From positions 64,001 through 128,000 of the forward strand of contig CAWJKZ010000015.1 in assembly GCA_963843575.1 (NCBI GenBank): a stretch of 64,000 bases of DNA, given 5' to 3'. This document shows positions 39,027-49,095 of this stretch, piece after piece; positions within the stretch are counted from its first letter, which is position 1; each line of letters begins with the position of its first letter. The notes below the pieces were generated by a model. The model was not told where the DNA came from, did no database searches, and worked only from the letters and a program-made list of their open reading frames with translations. The stretch comes from an uncultured Acidobacteriota bacterium. Lineage in GTDB: Bacteria; Acidobacteriota; UBA6911. Both the position numbers and the translations under genes were made by a program.

Positions 39027-39133
39027 TGGAGTGCGGCGCCTCGGCGCCGCTTTCCCGTTGCATCCTAAGGCCGGAATGCCCGGCGCCTCGGCGCCATCTC
39101 GAAATGCGGCGGCGTCGAGCCGCCGCACTCCAC
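39027..39133. repeat. GGAGTGCGGCG REP doublet
   Basis: Same units as 23508-23660. Confidence 0.8.
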
Positions 39134-39218
39134 AAATGCCGCCCCACCTGTGAAAATCTGGTCTGCGGCTCTGCCGTGGTGGTACATTGTGAATGTACTT
39201 TGAATCCAGGAGGAAATT

Positions 39219-40160
39219 GTGAGTCTGCCCAATTATGCATTCTTCAGAGGACGCATCGTTCCGTACGGCGAGGCCAAACTCGGCATTCTTACCCATACCC
39301 TCAACTATGGCACCGGGCTTTTCGGTGGCGTCCGCGGCTACTGGAACGAGGAGGAGCAACAGCTGTTTGTCTTCCGTCCCCACGACCACTTCCGGCGTTT
39401 CCTGGATTCGGCCAAGCTTCTCTGCATGGAGCTTCCCTACTCGGAAGACGACCTCGTCCAGGGTGTGTACGATCTCGTCCGGGCCGAGAACTTCCGCACG
39501 GACTGCTATGTCCGCCCCATCGCGTACTTCGCCGACGAGATCATCGGGGTGCGCCTGCACGACCTGCACGCGGACGTCGCGATGGCTTCGGTGCCATTCG
39601 GGGGGTATGTCGACAACGAAGAAGGGATCCACGTCACGGTGTCGTCCTGGCGCCGGGTGGACGACAACATGGTTCCGGCCCGCGGCAAGATCTCCGGCTC
39701 ATACGTGAACTCCGCGCTGATCAAGACCGACGCGCAGCGCGCGGGCTTCGACGAGGCGATCGTGCTCAACCAGGACGGCCACGTCGCCGAAGGCTCGGCC
39801 GAAAACATCTTCGTTTTGCGCCGGGGTGTCCTCAGTACTCCGCCGGTGACCGACAACATCCTCGAAGGGATCACCCGCCGCACCGTGATGATGCTCTTGC
39901 GCGACGAACTGGGCGTCGAGGTGGTGGAGCGCTCGATCGACCGGACCGAGCTCTACCTGGCCGACGAAATATTCTTCTGCGGCACCGGGGTGCAGATCGC
40001 CGCAATCACCCAGATCGACCACCGGCTCATCGGCACCGGGCGCCTCGGCTCGCTGACGGCCGACCTGCGGAAGCTGTACTTCGACGTCGTGCGCGGCCGC
40101 GTCACGAAATACCGCGACCTGTGCGCCCCCGTGTACCAGCGCACCGAAGTGAAGGCGTGA
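39219..40160 (+). CDS. ilvE: Branched-chain amino acid aminotransferase
   Basis: LNYGTGLF, AEGSAENIF, ILEGITR and ADEIFFCGT motifs. Confidence 0.9.
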   Translation: MSLPNYAFFRGRIVPYGEAKLGILTHTLNYGTGLFGGVRGYWNEEEQQLFVFRPHDHFRRFLDSAKLLCMELPYSEDDLVQGVYDLVRAENFRTDCYVRPIAYFADEIIGVRLHDLHADVAMASVPFGGYVDNEEGIHVTVSSWRRVDDNMVPARGKISGSYVNSALIKTDAQRAGFDEAIVLNQDGHVAEGSAENIFVLRRGVLSTPPVTDNILEGITRRTVMMLLRDELGVEVVERSIDRTELYLADEIFFCGTGVQIAAITQIDHRLIGTGRLGSLTADLRKLYFDVVRGRVTKYRDLCAPVYQRTEVKA

Positions 40161-40166
40161 CGGGCT

Positions 40167-40222
40167 GTGGAGTGCGGCGGCTCGACGCCGCTTTGGGGTC
40201 GGCGCCTGGGCGCCGCCCGCTC
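40167..40222. repeat. GGAGTGCGGCG REP
   Basis: gtggagtgcggcggctcgacgccgctttgggg. Confidence 0.7.
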
Positions 40223-40233
40223 CGCCAGCCGAC

Positions 40234-41736
40234 TCAGCGCGTCGCGTCGCGGCCTGTTCGGCCGTAGGTGCGGGCGAGCTCGCGAAGCCTCTCGCTCAAT
40301 CCGGGCGCCAAATCCTCCTCTGCGCACCTCCAGATCCAGTTGTTTCCTATGGTCGCGGGCAGGTTCATGCGCGCCTCGGATCCGAGCCCCAGGACATCCT
40401 GCATCGGGTACACCGCGGTCGCGGCGACCGACGAGATGGCCAGCCGGATGAAGTCCCAGTGGATCTGGCTGCCGTCGCTCTGCACGTAGCGCAGCGCGAA
40501 CTCCCTTTCGTCCTGGAGTTGCGCGGCGGTCTGCGTGTTGTTGCTGCCCGGGGGCGTGTGGAGCCACCCCTGGGTGGTGTCGTTGTCGTGGGTTCCGGTG
40601 TACACGACGCAGTTTTGGATGAAGTTGTACGGCTTGAAAGGGTCGTCGACGTCCCGGCTGCCGAATGCGAACTGCAGCACCCTCATCCCGGGCAGTTCCC
40701 AGCGGTTGCGCAGGGCGTGCACCTCGTCGGTGATCAGCCCCAGGTCCTCGGCGACAAACGGCAGCGCGCCGAACACTTCCTTCAGCCGGGAGAAGAAACG
40801 GTCTCCCGGTCCTTCGACCCAGCGGCCGTGCACGGCGGTCTTGGAGCCGCCCGGTATTTCGTAATACTTCTCAAACCCGCGGAAGTGGTCGAGCCGGACG
40901 AGATCGACCTGCTCCAGGATCGAGCGCACCCTCTGGAACCACCACTCGTAGCCGTCTTCGGCCATGACGTCCCAGCGGTACAGCGGGTTGCCCCAGCACT
41001 GCCCGGTGGCGCTGAAATAGTCAGGGGGAACCCCGGCGATGATGCGGGGGTAGCCGAGCTCGTCGAGGTCGAACAGGTGGGGGTGCCCCCAGACGTCGGC
41101 GCTGTTGTGGGCTATGAAGATGGGGATGTCCCCCATGATCGCGATCCCGCGCTCGTTGCAGTAGCGGCGCAGTGCGGTCCACTGGCGCCAGAACTCGAAC
41201 TGCACGAATTTCTGCACCTCGATCTCGTGCGGGTCCGGTTCGGGTTGCGGGCCCCACTCGGGCCAGGTGGTGCCCGGGTTCCGTTCCATGAGCGCGGCGA
41301 AGCGAGAGAACGTGTCGAGCCAGTAACGCTTCTCAACGCAGAACCGGTCGAATTCGCGGCGCGCGTCCTCCCGGGCCGAGGCCAGGAAGGTCTCCGCGGC
41401 CTGGCGCAGCAGTTTCCATTTGAAGAGGGTCACCGCCTCAAAATCGACCCGGTCGCGTGGGAAGGCCGGTACCGCATCCAGCGCATGGGGCGGGACGTAC
41501 CCCTGGTCGGCGAGGAGTTCGAGGCTGATCAGGAGCGGGTTTCCCGCCATGCTCGAGTGGGCCTGGTACGGCGAGCTGCCGTAGCCCGGCGGGCCGAGCG
41601 GGAGGATTTGCCAGAGGCTCTGGCCGCCGTCGGCCAGCCAATCGGCGAAACGGTAAGCCCAGGGGCCGAGGTCGCCGATCCCGAACCGGCCCGGAAGCGA
41701 TGTGGGATGCAGCAAAACCCCGCACGTTCGTCTCAT
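40234..41736 (-). CDS. malQ: 4-alpha-glucanotransferase (GH77)
   Basis: GVLLHPTSLPG, GVPPDYFSATGQ, RLDHFRGF, AEDLG and YTGTHDNDT motifs. Confidence 0.95.
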   Translation of the reverse strand: MRRTCGVLLHPTSLPGRFGIGDLGPWAYRFADWLADGGQSLWQILPLGPPGYGSSPYQAHSSMAGNPLLISLELLADQGYVPPHALDAVPAFPRDRVDFEAVTLFKWKLLRQAAETFLASAREDARREFDRFCVEKRYWLDTFSRFAALMERNPGTTWPEWGPQPEPDPHEIEVQKFVQFEFWRQWTALRRYCNERGIAIMGDIPIFIAHNSADVWGHPHLFDLDELGYPRIIAGVPPDYFSATGQCWGNPLYRWDVMAEDGYEWWFQRVRSILEQVDLVRLDHFRGFEKYYEIPGGSKTAVHGRWVEGPGDRFFSRLKEVFGALPFVAEDLGLITDEVHALRNRWELPGMRVLQFAFGSRDVDDPFKPYNFIQNCVVYTGTHDNDTTQGWLHTPPGSNNTQTAAQLQDEREFALRYVQSDGSQIHWDFIRLAISSVAATAVYPMQDVLGLGSEARMNLPATIGNNWIWRCAEEDLAPGLSERLRELARTYGRTGRDATR

Positions 41737-41825
41737 GGAAGCATGATAGCAGATCGACGCCAAAGCCTTGCGCGGGGTTGCATGCCGCCGTGGAGTGTAG
41801 TTCAATTCGTACAACGGGGGTTGCG

Positions 41826-42707
41826 ATGACACGCAAAGGAACGTGCACTTCTGTGACTTTGGCGCTGATGCTCTCGGCGATCTCGGCAGGAGCCGCGGAC
41901 AAAAAGCCGTGGAAGGACGCGAGCGTCCAGGTGGGGGATATCAAGATCCACTACATCGAGGCGGGGGTGGGCGACCGCGCTCTTGTCCTGATCCCCGGGC
42001 TGAGCATGCCTGCGGAGGTCTGGAAAGAGCAGATGACCTACTTCTCGGCGCGGAATTACCGCGTCCTGGCGTACGACCCGCGCAGCCAGGGACTGACGAC
42101 GAAGACGGACCAGGGCAACACCTATCAGCAGCACGCCGCGGACCTGCACGCGTTTCTGCAGGCGCTCAAGGTCGAGCACGCAGCCCTGGTCGGCTGGTCG
42201 GCCGCCGTCCCGGTGCTGCTCGAGTTCCTGGCAAGCCCCGAAGCGATGCCGCCGGACAAGGTGGTGCTCGTCGACGGCTTCCCCTGCGGGTACAAGGACG
42301 GCGATTACCCCGGCGGCTTCACCCCCCAGCAGGCGCGCTCGCTGGCGCTGGCGTTCCAGGAGGACCGCGCCAAGGCCACCGACAAGTTCGTCCGCGGCAT
42401 GTTCAAGAACAAACAGGCCGAGATCCTCTACCGGGAACTGAGCGACGCGTCGCTCAAGACACCGACCGGCACGCTGATCTCGTTGTTCTTCGACCTCTAC
42501 ACGGGAGACCGGCGGCCGCTGCTGGCGCGCGTGTCGGTGCCGACCCTGGTCGTCATCTCGCCCGACAGCCGCCTGCTCGGCGAATACATGCAGTCCAAAA
42601 TCCCGCGCGCGAAGCTGGAGGCGATCCCCGAAGCCGGCCACGCGGTTTTCCTCGACAGGCCACAGACTTTCAACCAGGTGCTGGAGGCCTTCCTGGCGGA
42701 ACCGTAA
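41826..42707 (+). CDS. Secreted alpha/beta hydrolase
   Basis: YDPRSQG, LVGWS nucleophile elbow and AGHAVFLD motifs. Confidence 0.88.
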   Translation: MTRKGTCTSVTLALMLSAISAGAADKKPWKDASVQVGDIKIHYIEAGVGDRALVLIPGLSMPAEVWKEQMTYFSARNYRVLAYDPRSQGLTTKTDQGNTYQQHAADLHAFLQALKVEHAALVGWSAAVPVLLEFLASPEAMPPDKVVLVDGFPCGYKDGDYPGGFTPQQARSLALAFQEDRAKATDKFVRGMFKNKQAEILYRELSDASLKTPTGTLISLFFDLYTGDRRPLLARVSVPTLVVISPDSRLLGEYMQSKIPRAKLEAIPEAGHAVFLDRPQTFNQVLEAFLAEP

Positions 42708-42731
42708 TCAAACAACAAAAGCAATCAACCA

Positions 42732-42866
42732 GTGGGTCGGGGCTTCAGCCAAGTGCGGCTCCCATGGGCGGCTTCAGCCCGGACGCAGTTGGCAGTCGCT
42801 ATTGAGTACAATTGTTGCTAAATAGCGCAGATCAAAAGACGTCCGGGCTTCAGCCCGACCCACTTA
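42732..42866. repeat. Degenerate GTCCGGGCTTCAGCCCGGAC REP cluster
   Basis: Three partial copies between convergent genes. Confidence 0.7.
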
Positions 42867-42877
42867 TCGTACTGGGT

Positions 42878-43192
42878 CTATTTCTCGGAGCTGCGGACCG
42901 GGAACAGGAGCAGCACCTGGATGCCGCCCAGGCGTGCTGCCAGGAGGTTGTACACCAGGGCGCCCAGCCCGACCATCAGCGACCCCACGATGCCGTAGAA
43001 GAGCGGGATCGCGACAATCGCGATCGGTCCCCAGATCATCGACGGCCGGTCCGCGCCGGCCATCCCCGAAAACGGCGTCAGCACCATCGTAAAGACGATC
43101 ATGACCAGTGCGGCCAAAAACCCGACGACAAGGTTGACTACAAAGCTGATCTTCATCACCGAGAGCACCCCGACCTTCCGCAGTTCCGCCAT
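42878..43192 (-). CDS. Small membrane protein (DUF3566-like)
   Basis: LRKVGVLSVMKIS...VYNLLAARLGGI; two TM segments. Confidence 0.7.
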   Translation of the reverse strand: MAELRKVGVLSVMKISFVVNLVVGFLAALVMIVFTMVLTPFSGMAGADRPSMIWGPIAIVAIPLFYGIVGSLMVGLGALVYNLLAARLGGIQVLLLFPVRSSEK

Positions 43193-43209
43193 TTCAGCTC
43201 CTCGCGTGC

Positions 43210-43236
43210 AAAAAAAAGGGGGGCAGACGCCCCCCT
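43210..43236 (-). terminator. Intrinsic terminator
   Basis: Minus strand ggggggc-gtct-gcccccc followed by T8. Confidence 0.75.
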
Positions 43237-43259
43237 GGACATTGGGTCGTACTCTTCTG

Positions 43260-43592
43260 CTATTGCCCCTTGATGCTTTCGATCGTGACGGCCTTGCCGT
43301 CCTGGCTCATCGTGCCGGTCACGGTAACATTCTTGCCGGCGTACTTGGTGAGTTCGGCGTTGATCTTCGCGTCCTTCTGGTTCTGGATGTCCAGGATCTT
43401 GTCCTTGCTCACCACGAAGATAAACGGGCTGCCGTGCTTCACACAGTCGAGCGTGCAGGTCACCGGGTCCTGTCCCTTGTGGTCCGCGCCGCACATTTTG
43501 TCGCTGATGGATCCCTTCCAGGTTTCCGCCGCGGATGCGGCGACCGCACAGGCGAGCGCAAGCACCGCAACCAGGCACAATACTCTCTTCAT
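43260..43592 (-). CDS. Small secreted Cys-containing protein (DUF5818-like)
   Basis: Signal peptide; ISDKMCGADH..CTLDCVKHG..VTVTG. Confidence 0.7.
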   Translation of the reverse strand: MKRVLCLVAVLALACAVAASAAETWKGSISDKMCGADHKGQDPVTCTLDCVKHGSPFIFVVSKDKILDIQNQKDAKINAELTKYAGKNVTVTGTMSQDGKAVTIESIKGQ

Positions 43593-43655
43593 CTGTCCCC
43601 TCCATTGAAGCGATTTCAAACTAAATGCTTCCGGCACTCGGATTGTACCATCAGT

Positions 43656-44393
43656 TTACTGCGGGCGGCGCTTGACGGTGCCCTTGGCGGTCAGGTAGAA
43701 CGGCTCGGCGATTGCCTCTTCCACCCGCTTCCGGTAGCCCTTCACGGGCCACTCGCGCTCGCAGAACAGGTCGAGGATGCGGCCCCTTACCCGCGGCCGC
43801 CCCTCGGCCTCCAGGAACGTCTCGATCAGCTTCTCGCGGCTCTCCTCCTCGCCGTTGCGCGCGAGGTACTCGGCCGTGGCGATGCAGACGTCGTCGTCTT
43901 CGTCTTTGAGGAATCTCAGGACGGCGTCGCGCATCAGCGGGAAGGCGTCGTCGGGGATGTGGTTGATCAGGACGGTCTTGGCCTCGGGCCAGCGCGTGTA
44001 GCCGCTGCCCAGTTCCTCCATGATCTTCTTGAGTTCTCCCCGGTACTCCTCCGGCGACAGGAGTTCGCGCAGGGCACGCACCGGCCAGGTGACTTCGCTC
44101 TCGGTGCGCAGGTACTTCAGGATCGGGTCGACGGCGACCCGTCCCATCTGCGCGAGCAGACGGGTGGTGTACTGTCTTTCCTCCAGGTCCATGCTGGCCT
44201 GGGGGACCTGGATGGTGAAGCGCCGCAGCAGCGCGGCCGCGGCGGCCGGGGTTTTCCACGAGGCCAGCCGCTCCATGGCGCCGACACGCGTGCCGGCGTC
44301 GCCGTGCGGCTGGGTAGCCTGCTTGAGGGCGCGGCGCACCTGCCGTTCCGATGGTCCGCTCTCGGCGGAGAAGAGCTTCCGGATCAATCCCAT
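43656..44393 (-). CDS. HEAT-repeat protein
   Basis: Helical repeats (LRFLKDEDDDVCIATAEYL). Confidence 0.7.
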   Translation of the reverse strand: MGLIRKLFSAESGPSERQVRRALKQATQPHGDAGTRVGAMERLASWKTPAAAAALLRRFTIQVPQASMDLEERQYTTRLLAQMGRVAVDPILKYLRTESEVTWPVRALRELLSPEEYRGELKKIMEELGSGYTRWPEAKTVLINHIPDDAFPLMRDAVLRFLKDEDDDVCIATAEYLARNGEEESREKLIETFLEAEGRPRVRGRILDLFCEREWPVKGYRKRVEEAIAEPFYLTAKGTVKRRPQ

Positions 44394-44510
44394 ATCGTAT
44401 TGATCTTACATCAATGGCTGTCCCGGGGACCGGAAATACGCCGCCAGTGGTGACTGGCAGCGCGTTTCCACCTATAATCTGCCGGAAACCAAAGGACGGG
44501 GGTTACCGGT

Positions 44511-44783
44511 ATGGAAGAGCGGGATTTTTTCATTGAGAAGGACGAGTCGGTCCCCGCACAGATCTACTGTCCGAAGTGCCGCGTGACGGGAGAGTACCAG
44601 ATCAAGTGGCGGCGGCGCACGAAGAAGGGGTCTCTGCCGCCCCGGGCCGACGAGCGGGACCGCGCGCGCTTTGCCAAGGCGCGCAACTACCGCATCCGCC
44701 TCGACGACAAGATCCGCTGCAACAACCCGCGCTGCGGCAAGACCATCGAGATCACGACGCTTCAGACGGTCGTTTTCGATTGA
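44511..44783 (+). CDS. Small basic Zn-finger-like hypothetical protein
   Basis: CPKC and CNNPRC pairs. Confidence 0.65.
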   Translation: MEERDFFIEKDESVPAQIYCPKCRVTGEYQIKWRRRTKKGSLPPRADERDRARFAKARNYRIRLDDKIRCNNPRCGKTIEITTLQTVVFD

Positions 44784-45802
44784 CCGTGCACGAAGTCGAT
44801 GAGGGCGCGCACGGCGTCCTCCGGCGTGGACGGCAGGATTCCGTGCCCGAGGTTGAAGATGTGGCCGGGACGCCCGGCGGCGCGATCCAGCACGTCCTGC
44901 GCCCGCTCCCTTAGCAGGTCCGTCGGAGCCATCAGGAGCACCGGGTCGAGATTGCCCTGGACGGCGGCCGTGTGGCCGATCCTGGCCCAGGCCTCGTCCA
45001 GCGGCGTCCGCCAGTCGACTCCCAGGACGTCTCCACCCGCTTCGCGCATGAGCGGCAGCAGGTCCCCAGTCCCGGTGCCGAAGTGAATCGACGGCACCCC
45101 CGCCTCCTTCAGGCCGCGGAAGACCTCCGCAGTGTGCGGCAGCACGTATTCGCGGTAGTCGTCCGGGCTCAGGCACCCGACCCAGGAGTCGAACAGCTGG
45201 AGCGCCTGGGCCCCGGCCGCGGCCTGGGCCAGGAGGTAAGCGCGTATGGTCTCGGCGAGTTTGCTCATCAGGACGTTCCACGATTCGCGCTCGTGATACA
45301 TCATCTTCTTGGTGAGCACGTAGTTTTTCGATGCGCCCCCCTCGATCGCGTAACTCGCCAGCGTGAAGGGCGCGCCGGCGAAGCCGATCAGGGGCACGCG
45401 GCCGTTCAGCTCGTCCCGGACCGCGCGGAGGCTCGCCGACACATAAGCCAGATCCCTCTCCGGGTCCGCCACACGCAGCGCCCGGGCGTCGGCCGGGCTC
45501 CGGACGGGGTTGCGGATCACGGGTCCTTCGCCTTCGGCGAACTCGAGCCGGATCCCCATTCCCTCGAGCGGCAACAGAATGTCCGCGAAAATAATGGCGG
45601 CGTCCACTTCGAAGGCCCGCACGGGTTGCAGGGTCACTTCGGTTGCGATTTCAGGAGTCTTGAACATCGTGAGGAGGGGATAGCGGGCGCGGATGTCGCG
45701 GTACTCCCGCATGTAGCGTCCCGCCTGCCGCATCAGCCAGATCGGCGTGCAGTCCGCCGTGCGCCTCCTGCAGGCGTCCAGGAACCTGTCGTTCCGCGCC
45801 AT
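44762..45802 (-). CDS. hemE: Uroporphyrinogen decarboxylase
   Basis: PIWLMRQAGRYM, GFAGAPFTLASY, QGNLDP and IFNLGHGI motifs. Confidence 0.96.
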   Translation of the reverse strand: MARNDRFLDACRRRTADCTPIWLMRQAGRYMREYRDIRARYPLLTMFKTPEIATEVTLQPVRAFEVDAAIIFADILLPLEGMGIRLEFAEGEGPVIRNPVRSPADARALRVADPERDLAYVSASLRAVRDELNGRVPLIGFAGAPFTLASYAIEGGASKNYVLTKKMMYHERESWNVLMSKLAETIRAYLLAQAAAGAQALQLFDSWVGCLSPDDYREYVLPHTAEVFRGLKEAGVPSIHFGTGTGDLLPLMREAGGDVLGVDWRTPLDEAWARIGHTAAVQGNLDPVLLMAPTDLLRERAQDVLDRAAGRPGHIFNLGHGILPSTPEDAVRALIDFVHGQSKTTV

Positions 45803-45828
45803 CGGTTGTCCTCCTGCACTGAAGCAAT

Positions 45829-45962
45829 GTGGAGTGCGGCGCCTCGGCGCCGCTTTCACTTGTGCCGACGGCAGAAATGCCCGGCGCCTCTGGCGCCGAT
45901 GCTGGAGCGGCGGGCGCCGAGGCGCCCACCCCAAAGCGGCGTCGAGCCGGACGCACTCCACA
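45829..45962. repeat. GGAGTGCGGCG REP doublet
   Basis: gtggagtgcggcgcctcggcgccgc ... gcggcgtcgagccggacgcactccac. Confidence 0.75.
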
Positions 45963-46055
45963 AACAAGACAATCTATCACGTGTCGGCTCTCACAAGAAC
46001 CGGGCAGGGAATTCTGTTAGTATCAGGCGCGGACCTTCCTCGAGAGGAGACCCCC

Positions 46056-47519
46056 ATGCGTTCGATGATGCGTTTTGCCCTGCTGGCGCTGTTGTCCGTT
46101 TCAGCGGTTTCGTGGCTCCCGGCTCAGACGAGTGAGTGCATCTGCAACGGGTTCAACGGTGCGCGCACCGGCAACGAGTGGTCGTTCGTGGAGGGGGCGC
46201 ATTTCAGCCGGGCGCGGGCCAACCTGGTCGACCCGGCGTTTTTCGGGACACGCGGCGTGGTGGCCCGGCCGGTCCGCGTCGGATCGGGCATGGAGACCGC
46301 TGCGGAGGCGACGCTGGGCGGCACCCACGTCTTTTTCACGGGGTGGACCGAGGCCTCCAGCTACACGCCTTCCGAGCGGAGCGCCCTCCAGAGCATGGTC
46401 AGCCGCGGGATGAACCTCGTGCTCACATCGGACGACATCGGCCACAGCATCGCGGACCTCTTCGAGACCACCCTGGTGCAGGCGAACAACGAGCCCGAGA
46501 CGAACACGGCCGTCGCGGCCGAGCACCCGATTTTCGCCGGACCCTTCGGGCGCATCACCGAATTCCGGGGCGCCGGCCAGATCGGGCATTTCCGCGGATG
46601 GCCGGAGGGCGCCGTCCTGCTGGCCGCCAACAGCATGGGGCCGACGATGGTCCTCATCCCGCGCGGGGTGCTCAGCTCGGGGTCGGGCGCCGTGCTGCTG
46701 ATTTCCGACACCGACCAGTTGACCACCTACAACCGGACGGTCGACCCGAACGGGTCCGAGCCGAGCGTGCCGGTCACCGACGCGCTGGTAATGAACATCG
46801 TGGCCTTCCTGTGCAACCCCACGGCGCCGGCCTCCGCGCCCCACCTCGTCTTCCCGCAGTTTGCCAACGGCCAGAACAACGTCTCGTCGCTGAACCTCAC
46901 CAATACCGACATCCTGTCGTCCGTGGCGACCGTCAAGCTCTTCGGCGACGACGGCTCCCCCTTCAGCCCCAATCTCGTCGGGCACGGCGCGGCATCCACC
47001 TTCGCAACCTCCGCCATGCCCGCGAACCAGACCCTGACGTTTACGACCGACGGCGTCGGTACCCTGAAGTCCGGCACCGTCACGGTGCGTGCTTCCTCGC
47101 CAAACATTACGGGAAACGTCATCTTTTACGCGCCCGGGCTCGGGACGACCGGGGTCAGCCCGAGCGAAGTGGCCGGCGGCTTCGTGCTCCCCGTCGTGCA
47201 GCAGCCGACCGGGACCACACCCATCGAGGTCTACACCGGGCTGGCGATCAGCAACATGACCGCGAAAACCGCGGTGATCCGCCTCGAGCTGTGGGACGAT
47301 GTCGGCCGGCGCGGCGACGGGATCCTCCGCCTGGAACTGCCGCCCAACGGCCACCAGGCGGCCTTCCTCTACCAGTTGATGCCGAGCTTCGATTTCCGCG
47401 GCTTCAAGGGAACCCTGCGGATCGTCAGCACCAACGCCCTGATTTCCGTCACCGGGCTGCAGCTGGGGAGCGCCCCCGGCCAGTTCACGGCTCTGCCCAT
47501 CAAGGCCGTCTATCGGTAA
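46056..47519 (+). CDS. Secreted two-domain hypothetical protein
   Basis: Signal peptide; GATase-like N-half; HLVFPQFANG beta-sandwich C-half. Confidence 0.7.
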   Translation: MRSMMRFALLALLSVSAVSWLPAQTSECICNGFNGARTGNEWSFVEGAHFSRARANLVDPAFFGTRGVVARPVRVGSGMETAAEATLGGTHVFFTGWTEASSYTPSERSALQSMVSRGMNLVLTSDDIGHSIADLFETTLVQANNEPETNTAVAAEHPIFAGPFGRITEFRGAGQIGHFRGWPEGAVLLAANSMGPTMVLIPRGVLSSGSGAVLLISDTDQLTTYNRTVDPNGSEPSVPVTDALVMNIVAFLCNPTAPASAPHLVFPQFANGQNNVSSLNLTNTDILSSVATVKLFGDDGSPFSPNLVGHGAASTFATSAMPANQTLTFTTDGVGTLKSGTVTVRASSPNITGNVIFYAPGLGTTGVSPSEVAGGFVLPVVQQPTGTTPIEVYTGLAISNMTAKTAVIRLELWDDVGRRGDGILRLELPPNGHQAAFLYQLMPSFDFRGFKGTLRIVSTNALISVTGLQLGSAPGQFTALPIKAVYR

Positions 47520-47529
47520 CGAGCCGGCA

Positions 47530-47695
47530 AGTGGGTCCGGGTCTCAGCGGCTGTCCAACGATTGAACCACCCGCCCCGCCCGTAAAACAAGTGGGTCCGG
47601 GCTTCAGCCCGGACGTCTTTAGACCTGCCCTGTTTGGAGACAGACGAACTCAATAGCGACCGCAAACAGCGTCCGGGCTGAAGCCCGGACCCACT
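47530..47695. repeat. GTCCGGGCTTCAGCCCGGAC REP cluster
   Basis: Shares the ggctgtccaacgattgaaccacc spacer with 27175-27245. Confidence 0.8.
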
Positions 47696-47704
47696 GCTTT
47701 CGGG

Positions 47705-48865
47705 TCAGAGGTGGATGTCGGCGAAGATGGGGCGGTGATCCGAAATCCTGCCAGGGCCGGCGTTCTCGACGTCCCGCGTGCCGGAGCCGAGGGACTCCTC
47801 CCCGGAACCCGCGTCGCGCACCTCGCCCGCGCGCGCGGGCGAAATCCCTCTGCCGAGAATCCAGTCCAGCTTGAACCTCAGATAGCCCCGGTAGGCGGCC
47901 AGCCTGCGCTGGGCGAAGCGTGCCAGCGGTCCGGGGAGCAGGGAAGAATCCTCCAGGGATCCCAGCGGCGTGCAGGCGGTCGGTTCGTGCGTGTTCAGCC
48001 CCTCCCACTCGAAGCCCGCGGAACGAGCGAGGCGGAAAAGCGGTTCCGAACCCCGCTCGGGATGGCACATCCGCTCCTGCATGAACGCGGGTGAGCGGGC
48101 CAGCAGGAGGGCGACGGACCGCAGCGTGCGCCCGCGCGTCCCGCGGGCGAAGCCGCCCGTGTTGAAGTCGCCCGCCAGGATGTGCGGTTCGCCGCGGCCG
48201 CCGGGGAGGTGCGCCAGCACGTGGCCCATCTGGGAAGCCCGGCACCCGGGGGTGTTGCGGACCTCGAAGTGGACCGCCCCCAGCCAGAGGGTCCTCGTCC
48301 CCAGGTCGGCCCGCGCCCAGAGACAGGTGCGCGTACCGTAGCGCTTCTCGTGGAATTCGAACGGCTCAAAACAGGCGGGCAGCGGGACGACACGCGACTC
48401 GGACAGCGGGTAGCGGCTCAGGATGGCGTTTCCCTGCAGGCTTTCGCGGTTGTCGCCGGGCGCGTCGAGGTCGTCGTCGGTCCCCTTGGTCAGCTCCAGG
48501 TGTGCCGGCCCGAAGGTCATGTGCATGCCCAGCTCGCGGGCCAGGGTCAGGGCGATGTCCAGGTTTCCTGACCGCGCCATCCCCAGATCAACTTCGTTCA
48601 GGAGGATGACGTCGGCCCGGCGGAGTACCGGGTCGGACCGCAAGGTCTCCACGATCTGGGGCAGGCGCTTCCCCTTTTCGATGTTCCAGGTTGCGATGCG
48701 CAGGAACGACCGCAGACAGGGCCTGGCATCCGGCGAGCAGAAGTTCCGGGGTGTGCCGAGCAACTCCCTCAGCCCCGGTCCCGCCTCGGCAAAAAAGGGG
48801 GAGCGGTGCAACTCGCGCAGGGTCGGGTAGCGGCGCAGGTTGAGCAGCAGCGCGTCGTCGTGCAT
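47705..48865 (-). CDS. Endonuclease/exonuclease/phosphatase family protein
   Basis: ATWNIEKG, LNEVD, GNAILSRYP, AGDFN, KLDWI and SDHRP motifs. Confidence 0.9.
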   Translation of the reverse strand: MHDDALLLNLRRYPTLRELHRSPFFAEAGPGLRELLGTPRNFCSPDARPCLRSFLRIATWNIEKGKRLPQIVETLRSDPVLRRADVILLNEVDLGMARSGNLDIALTLARELGMHMTFGPAHLELTKGTDDDLDAPGDNRESLQGNAILSRYPLSESRVVPLPACFEPFEFHEKRYGTRTCLWARADLGTRTLWLGAVHFEVRNTPGCRASQMGHVLAHLPGGRGEPHILAGDFNTGGFARGTRGRTLRSVALLLARSPAFMQERMCHPERGSEPLFRLARSAGFEWEGLNTHEPTACTPLGSLEDSSLLPGPLARFAQRRLAAYRGYLRFKLDWILGRGISPARAGEVRDAGSGEESLGSGTRDVENAGPGRISDHRPIFADIHL

Positions 48866-48945
48866 GACACCGGCATTCTAACCCGGGACGCTCGGGGTTC
48901 CCAATCACCTCCAAGGCAGCGGCTGGGTCGCGTCAAGGTGCTGAG

Positions 48946-49028
48946 GTGGAGTGCGGCGCCTCGGCGCCAACCCGAATCGCGGTGATCTTGAAGTGGTGGG
49001 CGGCGCCCGACCCGGCGCCGCACTCCAA
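48946..49028. repeat. GGAGTGCGGCG REP doublet
   Basis: gtggagtgcggcgcc ... ggcgccgcactcca. Confidence 0.7.
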
Positions 49029-49095
49029 ATTCGTTGCCCACGCCGGGGGCATTGTTCTATTCTGAATGATTGTCTCTGTTGGAGGGAGATCAGTC

